From: an uncultured Microbacteriaceae bacterium
GTDB lineage: Bacteria > Actinomycetota > Actinomycetes > Actinomycetales > Microbacteriaceae
Assembly (NCBI GenBank): GCA_903940225.1
Contig: CAJAKC010000032.1
Location: forward strand, 26,171 to 90,170
Length of the DNA stretch: 64,000 nucleotides
Direction: 5' to 3'
Shown: piece by piece, positions 39,047 through 47,665 of the stretch
Layout: each line of letters opens with the position of its first letter
How positions within the stretch are numbered: position 1 is the stretch's first letter
Translations under genes and position numbers: made by a program
The notes under the pieces: model-generated
Told to the model about the DNA's origin: nothing
The model's database searches: none
The model's input: the letters and a program-made list of their open reading frames with translations, nothing else

Positions 39047-39870
39047 TCTCTCTCATTGCCGTGACGGGATTCTGTGTCCTGTTCACACGGTCCGTCCCGC
39101 GAATCAGCAAACCCCTTCGCGCGTGGCTCGATGAGTGCGGACTGGTCGGAACGTCGACGGGAGCCCTTGCGGTCGTGCTCGCGGTCCTGGCTCTGCTCGT
39201 GGCGGGACTGACGTCACTGTTCGTCCCCATCCCCGTCCTCGCCCCCATTGCGGCGATAGCGGGGCTGGCAATCCCGATTGCCACTCTGGATGCGGCGCGC
39301 ACTCGGCGTCGAGTTCTCGCGGAGGCGCGGTGGCCCGACATTCTTGACGCCATGCGGATGTCCATTCGAGCGGGTGCGCCACTACACGAATCGTTAGCAG
39401 CCGCGGCGGGGCAGATACCGCGCGAGTGGGCGACGTCGTGGAATCACGCCGTCACCGATCTGGCGCGCGGCGCAGCCGTCGAAAGCGCCATGCTCGGGCT
39501 AAGGGCCGATCGCGCCGACCCGATCGCAGACCGAGTGTGCGAATCAATCGTCATTGCCCACGAAATGGGGGGCACGGAACTGCCGCGAATTCTCGAGGAG
39601 TTGGCGCGGGCTGTTCGCGACGATCTGCGCGTACGGAGGGAAGCCACGGCGCGCCAATCCTGGGTGAGACACGCCGCGCGTCTCGGCTCGTGTGCACCGT
39701 GGGTTGTCGTCGTGATGCTGGGCAGTCGCGCCGAGAATCGTGAAGCATTCGCGAGCGCGGCGGGTGCAGCCCTCCTCGTCGCCTGCGCCGGAGCAACCGT
39801 GGTTGCCTACATCGTGATGACCGCGATGGGGCGACTGCCCGACCCACCGCGCTGGGTAGTCGATGATTGA
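39031..39870 (+). CDS. tadB: TadB-like type II secretion system F-family membrane protein
   Basis: Polytopic membrane protein directly after tadA with an overlapping start; T2SSF-like cytoplasmic domain. Confidence 0.65.
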   Translation: MVPVVISLIAVTGFCVLFTRSVPRISKPLRAWLDECGLVGTSTGALAVVLAVLALLVAGLTSLFVPIPVLAPIAAIAGLAIPIATLDAARTRRRVLAEARWPDILDAMRMSIRAGAPLHESLAAAAGQIPREWATSWNHAVTDLARGAAVESAMLGLRADRADPIADRVCESIVIAHEMGGTELPRILEELARAVRDDLRVRREATARQSWVRHAARLGSCAPWVVVVMLGSRAENREAFASAAGAALLVACAGATVVAYIVMTAMGRLPDPPRWVVDD

Positions 39871-40540
39871 GGCGGCACTCGGCGCAATGCTGGGACTTGG
39901 CATCTGGATACTTATCGATGGTTCACCGAAACTACGCCTCGCTGCTCGAATCGCACCGTATCTGCGCGACCTCTCACGGGCCGCTCGTCGGACATCCAGT
40001 GCTCGTGATCTGGTCGACGTGATTGTGGCACTGATTCCGCACCCTGTTCGATTCATCACCGACCTGTGGCGAAATCGCGCATCCGTGCGCCGTCGACTCA
40101 TCGACTCGGAACTGCCCGCCTTTCTTGACCGCGCGTCGGTGTGTCTGTCCGCAGGCCTCTCCATCCCCTCGACATTCGATCGTGTCGGTATCGATTCCGT
40201 CGGGATTCTTGGTCACGAGGCTCGCACGATTGCCCGCGAGCTCGGGGTGGGGGTCACGCTCGTCGACACGTGCACCGCGAGCGAACGCCGAGTTCGACAC
40301 GAATCCTGGTCGCGATTTATTGAGCACGTTCTCAGTGCGCGGCGCCACGGAACTCCGATCGCCGACATCGTCCGGTCGCTCGCGGCGGACGAACGCGCTG
40401 CAGCCGGGCGCCGATTGCTCGAGGCCGCGAGCTCGCGCGAAATCTACATGCTCATCCCACTCGTGTTTGTCATTCTGCCGATGACTGTACTTGTCGCCGT
40501 GTTCCCCGGCCTTGTCGCTCTCGCCTCACTTCCCGTGTAG
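39863..40540 (+). CDS. tadC: TadC-like type II secretion system F-family membrane protein
   Basis: ATGATTGA overlap with tadB; N- and C-terminal TM segments flank a soluble domain. Confidence 0.65.
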   Translation: MIEAALGAMLGLGIWILIDGSPKLRLAARIAPYLRDLSRAARRTSSARDLVDVIVALIPHPVRFITDLWRNRASVRRRLIDSELPAFLDRASVCLSAGLSIPSTFDRVGIDSVGILGHEARTIARELGVGVTLVDTCTASERRVRHESWSRFIEHVLSARRHGTPIADIVRSLAADERAAAGRRLLEAASSREIYMLIPLVFVILPMTVLVAVFPGLVALASLPV

Positions 40541-40565
40541 CGAGCGCTTCTGCCAGACTGGTCAC

Positions 40566-40973
40566 ATGACCAGTGCAAAGTCTCTCCTCATCGCCTCGCT
40601 GACACAGTTCGTCGCGGTCCTGTTCAGCCTCGGGGGTTGGATTGACCCCGTTCTGGGCGGAACATCCATCGTCGCGGCGCTCATTGTCAGTCTTGGTGCG
40701 ATGTTTATCGGTCGCGTTCGGATTCCCAAGTTGAACTGGATTTCCGTTACGGCAGCGGTAGTGCTCGCAGTGGGGGCGGTTGCCTCTTTGTTGGCGGCGT
40801 ACGACCCGAACGCAGGCGACGAGCAGTTGACCACCATCGCGTCAAGTCCTGCTGTGGTCGCGTTCAACATGGCATTCCGCGTAGCATCCGTTTCCGTCAT
40901 CGCGGGTGAAGTCTTCTATCTGGTCCTCATCGCCACCGCGTATCGGGCGGTCAAGTTGGCTGGGGATAAATAG
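40566..40973 (+). CDS. four-TM membrane protein of unknown function inside the Tad operon
   Basis: Internal ATG 40566 (MTSAKSLLIASL...) chosen. Four hydrophobic helices; no recognisable family. Confidence 0.45.
   Translation: MTSAKSLLIASLTQFVAVLFSLGGWIDPVLGGTSIVAALIVSLGAMFIGRVRIPKLNWISVTAAVVLAVGAVASLLAAYDPNAGDEQLTTIASSPAVVAFNMAFRVASVSVIAGEVFYLVLIATAYRAVKLAGDK
40959..40970 (+). promoter_or_regulatory. pilus/envelope box copy 2 (GCTGGGGATAAA)
   Basis: Overlaps the last codons of the 4-TM ORF. Ends 38 nt before ATG 41009. CACAGT hexamer at 40997-41002. Confidence 0.5.
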
Positions 40974-41008
40974 GGACACGTTCCCCTGCCGCACGGCACA
41001 GTGGCGGG

Positions 41009-41167
41009 ATGACACATTTCCCACACAACCCTGAGCGCGGCGATGTTCCCGGTTGGGTTCTCATCACCCTCATGACCGCCGGACTGGTCGTTGTCATTTG
41101 GGCCGTTGCCGGTCCCGCACTGAGTGGCGTTTTCGAATCCGCCATCAATCGGGTGGTCACGATGTGA
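41009..41167 (+). CDS. Flp-family / DUF4244-like small pilin (52 aa), not in the supplied ORF track
   Basis: Hand translation: MTHFPHNPERGDVPGWVLITLMTAGLVVVIWAVAGPALSGVFESAINRVVTM. Short polar leader, one hydrophobic helix. Sits between tadC and tadE; its ATGTGA end overlaps the GTG start of the next gene. Confidence 0.55.
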   Translation: MTHFPHNPERGDVPGWVLITLMTAGLVVVIWAVAGPALSGVFESAINRVVTM

Positions 41168-41544
41168 CTGCTCATCGTCAGCGCGGCAGCGCGGCGGTCG
41201 AGTTCGTCGGCGTTGGAGCGGTTGTCACGGCCTGTGCGCTGGGAATCCTGCAGGTCGGTGTCGTCTCCCACATCTCCGCGGTGTTGACCGATTCGGCGAT
41301 CGCCGGTGCCGCCTTTGGCGCTCTCGCCGATTCCTCGATGGCGGCGGGAATTGAGCGCACGCGCGAACTTGCGTCAGCGGGGATTGCTTCACGCTTCGTC
41401 GATGACGTCAGCGCGACCCAGACCACGGTGAGCGGTAAGCCGGTCATCACCGTCACCGTTCGATTTCGAGCACCGACCGTCGGCCCCTGGTTTCCGGCAA
41501 TTGTCTCGTCCGTGAGGGGTCGCGCCTTTGTGGAACTCCCCTGA
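41164..41544 (+). CDS. TadE-like pseudopilin
   Basis: In-frame GTG 41164 gives VTAHRQRGSAAVEFVGVGAVV..., the TadE N-terminal signature (RGSAAVEF plus a hydrophobic helix). Confidence 0.7.
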   Translation: MTAHRQRGSAAVEFVGVGAVVTACALGILQVGVVSHISAVLTDSAIAGAAFGALADSSMAAGIERTRELASAGIASRFVDDVSATQTTVSGKPVITVTVRFRAPTVGPWFPAIVSSVRGRAFVELP

Positions 41545-41550
41545 CACAGC

Positions 41551-41580
41551 GAAAGGGGCCCGGTTTCCCGAGCCCCTTTC
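41551..41580. terminator. bidirectional stem-loop between the TadE-like gene and the convergent permease gene
   Basis: GAAAGGGGCCCGG / CCGAGCCCCTTTC with a TTTC tetraloop and one mismatch. Confidence 0.6.
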
Positions 41581-41592
41581 GTGTTGCGTTGA

Positions 41593-43071
41593 CTACTTAC
41601 CAGCGCGCATCTTGCTTGCGACGGCGATGGCATCCGAGTACGGAGCCTTCGAGCGCAAGTGAGGACGTGCGATGAGCAGGTACAGGCCACCGGGGACCAG
41701 CACTGCCACCACCCCGATGAGCGAGATGTTGTCGATGAACCAGTCACCGCTTGCTCCGGGCTGGAGCAACCACGAGATTGCCCAGATTCCGTATGCGAGT
41801 GCCGCGATGTTGATGATGAGGCCGAACGAACCCAGTGACCAGGGTCCGGCAGGCTTCCATCCACGGAATCGCTGAATGAGCGACGCGAGGACGACCGACT
41901 GGAACGCGATGTAGATTCCGAGCACAGCGAATGCTGTGATGGGGACCAGTGACGCAGGGTTGACGTAGATGATCACGGCGAGCAACATGGGGACGACGCT
42001 CGCCACGATGAGTGCGTTCGTCGGAACCTTGCTGCGGTCCGAGATTTTGCTGAGCCATCCGCTGGCGGGCAGCATCTTGTCACGCGCAAACGAGTGCAGC
42101 AAGCGGCTTGCGGCTGCCTGCAGGCTCAAAACGCACGAGAGGAAGGCCACGACGGCGACGACGAGGAACAGACGAGCACCGGTCTCTCCCAGAACATCCG
42201 CGAGGATCGTTCCGATTGGGTCGGCGTTCTCTCCAGCCGCGGTAGCGGCGAGGAGTTCCGGCGAGGCGGCGAGAACATATCCCGAGAACGAGGCGAGTGC
42301 CGAGACGGCACCGACGATGATTGTCAGGTACATGGCCTTCGGTACTTCGCGAGCAGCGTCGCCAACTTCTTCGGCGACGTCACCACAGGCTTCGAAGCCG
42401 TAGAACATGAAAAGGCCGACGAGGGCCGCTCCCATGAACGCGGTGCCGTAATCAGCTGACGCGAAGCTATCGGTGAAGATGGTGAACTCGTTTTGGCGTT
42501 CGAAGATGAGCAGGTAAAGACCCAGTCCGACGACACCGACGAGTTCCGCACCGAGACCGATGGTCGCGATACGTCCGAGGGTTTTGGTTCCACCGAGGTT
42601 GATGACCAGTGCGACTGCGAGCAACGCAACCACCATAATCAGCGTGATTTCGGGGGTGAGTTCCGTCACGCCAAGAACCGTTGCAAGGAATCCGGTTGCG
42701 TATTCGGCAACCGAAGCGATCGTGACGAGCATCGCCCAGACGTACACCCATGCGGTGAGCCAGGCGCTCTGGCGACCGGCAAGGCGACGCATCCACGGGT
42801 AGATTCCACCAGCGATGGGGAACTGCGAGACGACCTCGCCCATTACCAGTGCGACGAGCATCTGGCCAGCGGCGACGATGAGAATCCAGAAGATGGATCC
42901 AGGTCCGCCGGTCATGAGCCCAAGACCGAACAGCGCGTAAATCGCGACGAGCGGCGACAGGTACGTGAACCCGAGTGCCAGAGTGCCCCATACGTTCATG
43001 GAGCGGTTGTAGTTGCTTTCGTATCCCAGCGCACTGAGTTGCGCGGAATCCGATTGTCCATTTTTAGACAT
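41593..43071 (-). CDS. APC-superfamily amino acid/amine permease
   Basis: 492 aa, about 12 TM helices, N-terminal polar segment then WGTLALGFTYLSP; general APC look. Confidence 0.8.
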   Translation of the reverse strand: MSKNGQSDSAQLSALGYESNYNRSMNVWGTLALGFTYLSPLVAIYALFGLGLMTGGPGSIFWILIVAAGQMLVALVMGEVVSQFPIAGGIYPWMRRLAGRQSAWLTAWVYVWAMLVTIASVAEYATGFLATVLGVTELTPEITLIMVVALLAVALVINLGGTKTLGRIATIGLGAELVGVVGLGLYLLIFERQNEFTIFTDSFASADYGTAFMGAALVGLFMFYGFEACGDVAEEVGDAAREVPKAMYLTIIVGAVSALASFSGYVLAASPELLAATAAGENADPIGTILADVLGETGARLFLVVAVVAFLSCVLSLQAAASRLLHSFARDKMLPASGWLSKISDRSKVPTNALIVASVVPMLLAVIIYVNPASLVPITAFAVLGIYIAFQSVVLASLIQRFRGWKPAGPWSLGSFGLIINIAALAYGIWAISWLLQPGASGDWFIDNISLIGVVAVLVPGGLYLLIARPHLRSKAPYSDAIAVASKMRAGK

Positions 43072-43244
43072 GGTGACCTTTCATTACGGTGATGAGGTCA
43101 GTCCGCGGGTTGCCCGTTGGAGTGCACCTCGTTGTGCAAGTGAAACGATAGTGCGTTTATTCGTTCAGTGGTAGATGATTCAGTTCGCAATTCCATTTGG
43201 CGTGTCGTTCGCACTTCCGATAGAGGAAAATAAAACCTTTGGTA

Positions 43245-43273
43245 TTGCATGATTTATAAAGTCGGCGTAGAAT
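43245..43273 (+). promoter_or_regulatory. sigma-70-like promoter TTGCAT-17 nt-TAGAAT upstream of the P450 operon
   Basis: Hexamers at 43245-43250 and 43268-43273, with a 17-nt spacer counted by hand, in an unusually AT-rich 257-nt divergent intergenic region. Confidence 0.45.
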
Positions 43274-43328
43274 CCTGACAACGCGACACCACCGGGCAAG
43301 CGCCCCTGAACAACGAGGTTCTGCACAT

Positions 43329-44522
43329 ATGTCTACTGACGTTGCGGTTCCCTATCTTGACATCTCGGATCCATCCTTCGCGATGCACTCCGAAGCCGTT
43401 CGAGCAGCGCGTGCCCAGCACTGGTTCGCGCGCACAAACTACGGTGTCGCGATCCTCCGCCACGAATACGTGTCGAAACTCCTCAAGGACCCGCGACTGC
43501 GCCAAGGCAGTGGCAAATGGCCCGACCACAACGGAGTCCACTCGGGACTCTTCTACGACTGGTGGACCCAGTGCCTCCTCGTGCTGGAGGGAGACGACCA
43601 CCACCGCATTCGCCGCCTACTCAATCCCGCATTCGCCCCCAAGCACCTCGAACCATTTCTGCCGCGCTTCGAGGCGCTCGCACGGGAACTCGTCAACGAC
43701 TTCATCGACAAGGGAGAACTCGAGTTCGTCAACGATTTCGCTGAGCCCTATGCGACCCGAGTTCTCTGCATCCTCCTCGGGATTCCCGAAAGCGAATGGC
43801 CCACCATCGCACGCCTGGCATCGACGATCGGGCTCGCGCTCGGTGTCACGCTCAAGCAAGACCTCGGTGTCGTTGAGGATGCCTTGGAAGAGCTTTACGG
43901 ATATGCCGAAAACCTCATCGCCGACCGTCAGGCAAACCGCGGTGATGATCTCGTCACAACGCTCGTTCAGGCAAACGCCAACGGAGACTCGCTCAGTGAT
44001 TCCGAATTGCGCAACGCCCTGTGCCTGCTGATATTCGGTGGCATGGACACGACACGAAACCAACTCGGACTCGGAATCATGTCCTACCTGCACAACCCCG
44101 ACCAGTGGGAGCTGCTCGCGAAGCACCCCGAGCTTGCGCGAAACGCCGTCGAAGAGATCATGCGCACCAACCCCACCACGACGTGGGTGACCCGCGAAGC
44201 GATGGTGGACTTCGATTACGAAGATTTGCGCGTCACCGCGGGGACGACGGTCCACTTCTTCACACAAGTGAGTGGCACCGACCCGGAAGCGTATCCGAAC
44301 CCCGAGATCGACATCACCGCCGAACGCGTTCCGCACTATGGATTTGGTGGCGGAATGCACCACTGCCTGGGCCACTTCGTTGCCCGCGCTGACATGGCAA
44401 TCGCGCTGACGGCGCTGTCCGAGCGAATGACGAACCTCCGGATAAGCGGCAAGGACGAATGGCTGCCGGACTCGGGGAACACCGGACCGGTCAGGCTTCC
44501 CATCGGCTTCGACAAACGCTAG
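43329..44522 (+). CDS. cytochrome P450 monooxygenase
   Basis: I-helix LIFGGMDTTRN, EEIMR (ExxR), heme loop FGGGMHHCLGHFVAR. Confidence 0.9.
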   Translation: MSTDVAVPYLDISDPSFAMHSEAVRAARAQHWFARTNYGVAILRHEYVSKLLKDPRLRQGSGKWPDHNGVHSGLFYDWWTQCLLVLEGDDHHRIRRLLNPAFAPKHLEPFLPRFEALARELVNDFIDKGELEFVNDFAEPYATRVLCILLGIPESEWPTIARLASTIGLALGVTLKQDLGVVEDALEELYGYAENLIADRQANRGDDLVTTLVQANANGDSLSDSELRNALCLLIFGGMDTTRNQLGLGIMSYLHNPDQWELLAKHPELARNAVEEIMRTNPTTTWVTREAMVDFDYEDLRVTAGTTVHFFTQVSGTDPEAYPNPEIDITAERVPHYGFGGGMHHCLGHFVARADMAIALTALSERMTNLRISGKDEWLPDSGNTGPVRLPIGFDKR

Positions 44523-44542
44523 ATTCCAACAAGGAGAAAACA

Positions 44543-44731
44543 ATGCAGATAAATGTCGATCGCACGAAGTGCGACAACCACGGGCAATGCACGTTCTCGG
44601 CGCCGACCGTTTTCCGCCTCGACGAGCAGGGAATCCTCCAACACGAAACCACCGCCGATGAGTCGCTTCGCCACGATGTCGAGGAAGCGGCGGATGTTTG
44701 TCCCGCTCAAGCGATAACCGTCACCGACTGA
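44543..44731 (+). CDS. small [3Fe-4S]-type ferredoxin (P450 redox partner)
   Basis: 62 aa from internal ATG 44543, preceded by AAGGAG. CDNHGQC...CP cluster motif (CxxHxxC...CP). Confidence 0.8.
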   Translation: MQINVDRTKCDNHGQCTFSAPTVFRLDEQGILQHETTADESLRHDVEEAADVCPAQAITVTD

Positions 44732-44769
44732 CGCCCCAACAACCCGATTAGGACGAAGGAGTCCACAAC

Positions 44770-46176
44770 ATGGCAAACAACATCGTGGTGAGTGCCCTCA
44801 CCGATAACGACGCCTTCCACAAGCATCAGGCCGCAAACATGCGGCCAGAGGTCGTCAAGGACCTCGAACAGAAGATTTCCGCGGCGGGTGTCGAGTTCAT
44901 CTATTACATGCTTCCCACCATCGGTTCGAAGGTTGTCGCCAAGATGGTTCCCGCCCACCACATCAAGCGCAACCTCGAAAAGGGCATCGCGCTGCACCGC
45001 ACCGCAGTCGCCGACCTGCAGTCCGACCGCGCCGGGAACCTGATCGGCGGAGGAATCGGCGCTCGCGAAATGATCGCACTCCCCGACCCAGAAACGTTCG
45101 TCGTTTTGCCCTGGGACACGTCGATTGCGCGGATGCTGTGTCGCGCCTACGAACCGACGCACTTCGCCGGTGTTGGTGGCCGACCGTTGCAGACCGACTC
45201 GCGCGGACTGTTGATGCGCGCGCACCAGGAATTCACGGAACGCACCGGTTATGAGGTGCGAAGCGGCACGGAGCCCGAAATGATGTGGGCCGGACCGGGA
45301 CTCGAGGTCATCAAGAAGGATGGCGCAAGTCCCGCCTACCAGGTTGAGAACCTCGAGCGGGCTCGTGAAATCTTCAAAAAGGTCATCCGCTACGCCACCG
45401 CGTTCGGCCTTGACATGGTCGAGGGCGACTATGAGGACGACGGGCAGTTGGAACTCAACTGGATGTTCGATCGAGTCGAGCTGACATCCGACCGGTTGGT
45501 CACGTATCGCCAAGTGTGCAAGCAGGTTGCCCGTGAATTGGGAATCACGGCGTCGTTTATGCCGAAGCCGTTCAACGGGCTGATGGGTAACGGTTGCCAC
45601 CACAACCTGTCGCTCTGGAAAGACGGCGTCAACGCGTGCATCGAACCGGGAAACACCGAGATTCACTTGTCCGAGGTTGGTCGCTGGGCGGTCGGTGGAA
45701 TGTTGACTCACGCTGCTGAATCGACCGCAATCATGGCGTCCACCGTGAACTCGTACAAACGATTCTGGGATGCCGGGCAGTTTGCACCGAGCTCACCGTC
45801 CTGGGGACTGGATTCACGCGAAGGGATGATTCGCATCTCGTCCATCGGGCGAATCGAGTACCGCCAACCCGATTCCAGTGTGAACCCCTACCTTTCCCAC
45901 ACGGCACTGCTGGCGTCGATCGAGGACGGACTCGCCCGCAAGATTGATGCGGGAGACCCACTCACGCAGGACGGAGCGAAGATCGCAAAGTTCGACGTCA
46001 TGCCGATGACGCTGGGTGATGCAATCGTCACGTTCGAGTCCAGCTCGATGCTGTCCACCGCTCTGCCCGAAGAAATGCGCAAGGTGTTCATCGACCTCAA
46101 ACGGGATGAATGGGCGCGTTATTGTGGTGTCATTACCGAATGGGAATTCAGCCAATACTGGGAGACGGTGCCGTGA
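44770..46176 (+). CDS. glutamine synthetase-family ligase, predicted gamma-glutamyl-amine synthetase
   Basis: 468 aa with GS beta-grasp and catalytic-domain patterns (EPEMMW, GNGCHHNLSLW, SWGLDSREGMIRI, RQPDSSVNPYL). Operonic with P450 and the gamma-glutamyl hydrolase. Confidence 0.8.
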   Translation: MANNIVVSALTDNDAFHKHQAANMRPEVVKDLEQKISAAGVEFIYYMLPTIGSKVVAKMVPAHHIKRNLEKGIALHRTAVADLQSDRAGNLIGGGIGAREMIALPDPETFVVLPWDTSIARMLCRAYEPTHFAGVGGRPLQTDSRGLLMRAHQEFTERTGYEVRSGTEPEMMWAGPGLEVIKKDGASPAYQVENLERAREIFKKVIRYATAFGLDMVEGDYEDDGQLELNWMFDRVELTSDRLVTYRQVCKQVARELGITASFMPKPFNGLMGNGCHHNLSLWKDGVNACIEPGNTEIHLSEVGRWAVGGMLTHAAESTAIMASTVNSYKRFWDAGQFAPSSPSWGLDSREGMIRISSIGRIEYRQPDSSVNPYLSHTALLASIEDGLARKIDAGDPLTQDGAKIAKFDVMPMTLGDAIVTFESSSMLSTALPEEMRKVFIDLKRDEWARYCGVITEWEFSQYWETVP

Positions 46177-46868
46177 TGAAAAAGTTGCGTTTGGCCTGTA
46201 TCGATTCGGCGGCACTGCCGCTGTTCGACGTAAGTCCTGATGGGGTCACTCGTGCGGGATACGAACCTGAGCTCGCCGGACTCGTTGCCGATGTGCTCGG
46301 ACTCGAGCTGGAATGGGTGTTCACCGCGTGGGACAACATGATTCCCATGGTTCGTGCGGGCGAGGCGGACGCGGTCTGGTGTGGTCAGGGGATGATCCCC
46401 GAACGCGCCGCGCTCGTCGACTTCACGCAGCCGTATGCGATCTTCAACGAGACGGTTGTCGTCCGCGCGGGCGACCCGGCCAGGGGCCCGGATTCCATGG
46501 CGGGCTACCGCGTCGGTGCCATCGCCAACAGTGCGAACCTCAAGGTTGCGCAGACCATTGTGGGTGCCGAGATTGTCGAGTTCGGCGCGACCGCCGATGT
46601 TTTCGCCGACATGATTGCGGCCCTTCGCAGCGGCGAAGTCGACGCGTTCGTGGATGATGATGTCGTGATGATTCCGCTCGGCGAAGACCCCGACTTTGAC
46701 GTCGCCTTCACCGCGGAAACGCGCAACCCCTGGGGGATTGGCGTGAAACCAGGAAACGCCGAACTTCTTGCTGACCTCAACCGCGCCCTTGACACTCTTC
46801 GCGCCGACGGTCGATTCAAGGCCGTCTGGGATAAATGGATGCCCACATTGGACTTCCCGCTGGGATAA
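46176..46868 (+). CDS. family-3 solute-binding-protein fold protein lacking a signal peptide
   Basis: ATG 46176 (MKKLRLACIDSAALPLFDV...). GYEPELAGLVADVLGLELEWVFTAWDNMIPMVRAGEADAVWCGQGMIPERAALVDFTQPY is the classical SBP_bac_3 pattern. No hydrophobic leader or lipobox. GTGATG and TAATG overlaps with the neighbouring genes. Confidence 0.65.
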   Translation: MKKLRLACIDSAALPLFDVSPDGVTRAGYEPELAGLVADVLGLELEWVFTAWDNMIPMVRAGEADAVWCGQGMIPERAALVDFTQPYAIFNETVVVRAGDPARGPDSMAGYRVGAIANSANLKVAQTIVGAEIVEFGATADVFADMIAALRSGEVDAFVDDDVVMIPLGEDPDFDVAFTAETRNPWGIGVKPGNAELLADLNRALDTLRADGRFKAVWDKWMPTLDFPLG

Positions 46869-47665
46869 TGGTGGGCATGGCCCATAACATCACTCCAGCC
46901 GACGTTTTGCCGGCGACGAATGACTCGATGCCGGCAGAAGCCCCAACCGTTGCCGTAGTCGTTTCGCTGAACATCCCCGAAATGACCGATGAGGTTGCGG
47001 GGCTTGTTGTGCGATTCACACGCGTAGCTCTCAAGGAAATCAACGACGTGGGCGCGCGAATTGTTCTGATGGATTCCAGTCGTGACGACCTGTCTGACGC
47101 CGACATCGCCGATCGGTGCGACGGAGTGTTGTTCCTGGGCGGCGGAGACGTCGACGCAACAATCTATGGTCACACCGAACCGGTGAATCATGAGTACGGA
47201 GTCTCGCGCGAAGCCGATGATTACTGCATCGACATCATCAAGTCTACGATCGACCGTGACGCACCGATGCTCTGCATTTGTCGCGGCTCGCAACTGCTCA
47301 ACGTTGCCCTCGGTGGGGATCTCATCCCCGATATCGAGGAGTACGCCCTGCACCGCGGCGGCGCCGGCGACCCCATGTTCAAGGACGAAAACGTGACGCT
47401 CGAACCGGGAAGCAAGATTCGCGAGATTTTGGGGCGTGACACCGTCGCCGTTCGATCAGGCCACCATCAGGCTGTTCGGCGCGTTGCCGAGGGGCTGGTC
47501 GTGTCGGCTCGTGCCGATGACGGGGTCGTCGAAGGCACCGAACTTCCCAGTGCTCGTTGGGTTGTCGGAGTGCAGTGGCACCCGGAAGACGACGACGGCT
47601 CGGCGAGCGATCGACGCAAGCTCTTTCAGTCCTTCGTCGACGAAGTGAAGCTGGCGCGCGTCTAA
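46868..47665 (+). CDS. gamma-glutamyl-gamma-aminobutyrate hydrolase family (PuuD-like, peptidase C26, class I amidotransferase fold)
   Basis: ICRGSQLLNVALGG (nucleophile Cys) and VQWHPE (His/Glu). Start set at ATG 46868, overlapping the upstream TAA. Confidence 0.8.
   Translation: MVGMAHNITPADVLPATNDSMPAEAPTVAVVVSLNIPEMTDEVAGLVVRFTRVALKEINDVGARIVLMDSSRDDLSDADIADRCDGVLFLGGGDVDATIYGHTEPVNHEYGVSREADDYCIDIIKSTIDRDAPMLCICRGSQLLNVALGGDLIPDIEEYALHRGGAGDPMFKDENVTLEPGSKIREILGRDTVAVRSGHHQAVRRVAEGLVVSARADDGVVEGTELPSARWVVGVQWHPEDDDGSASDRRKLFQSFVDEVKLARV

Noticed and set aside
43171-43185. GTAGATGATTCAGTT (43171-43185) and GTAAATCATTCAGAC (49186-49200) as a shared GntR operator in the two divergent promoter regions of the amine cassette.
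   Set aside because: The match is only 11/15 identical with weak dyad symmetry, so it could arise by chance in two AT-rich stretches. It is worth testing by EMSA but is not supportable from sequence alone.
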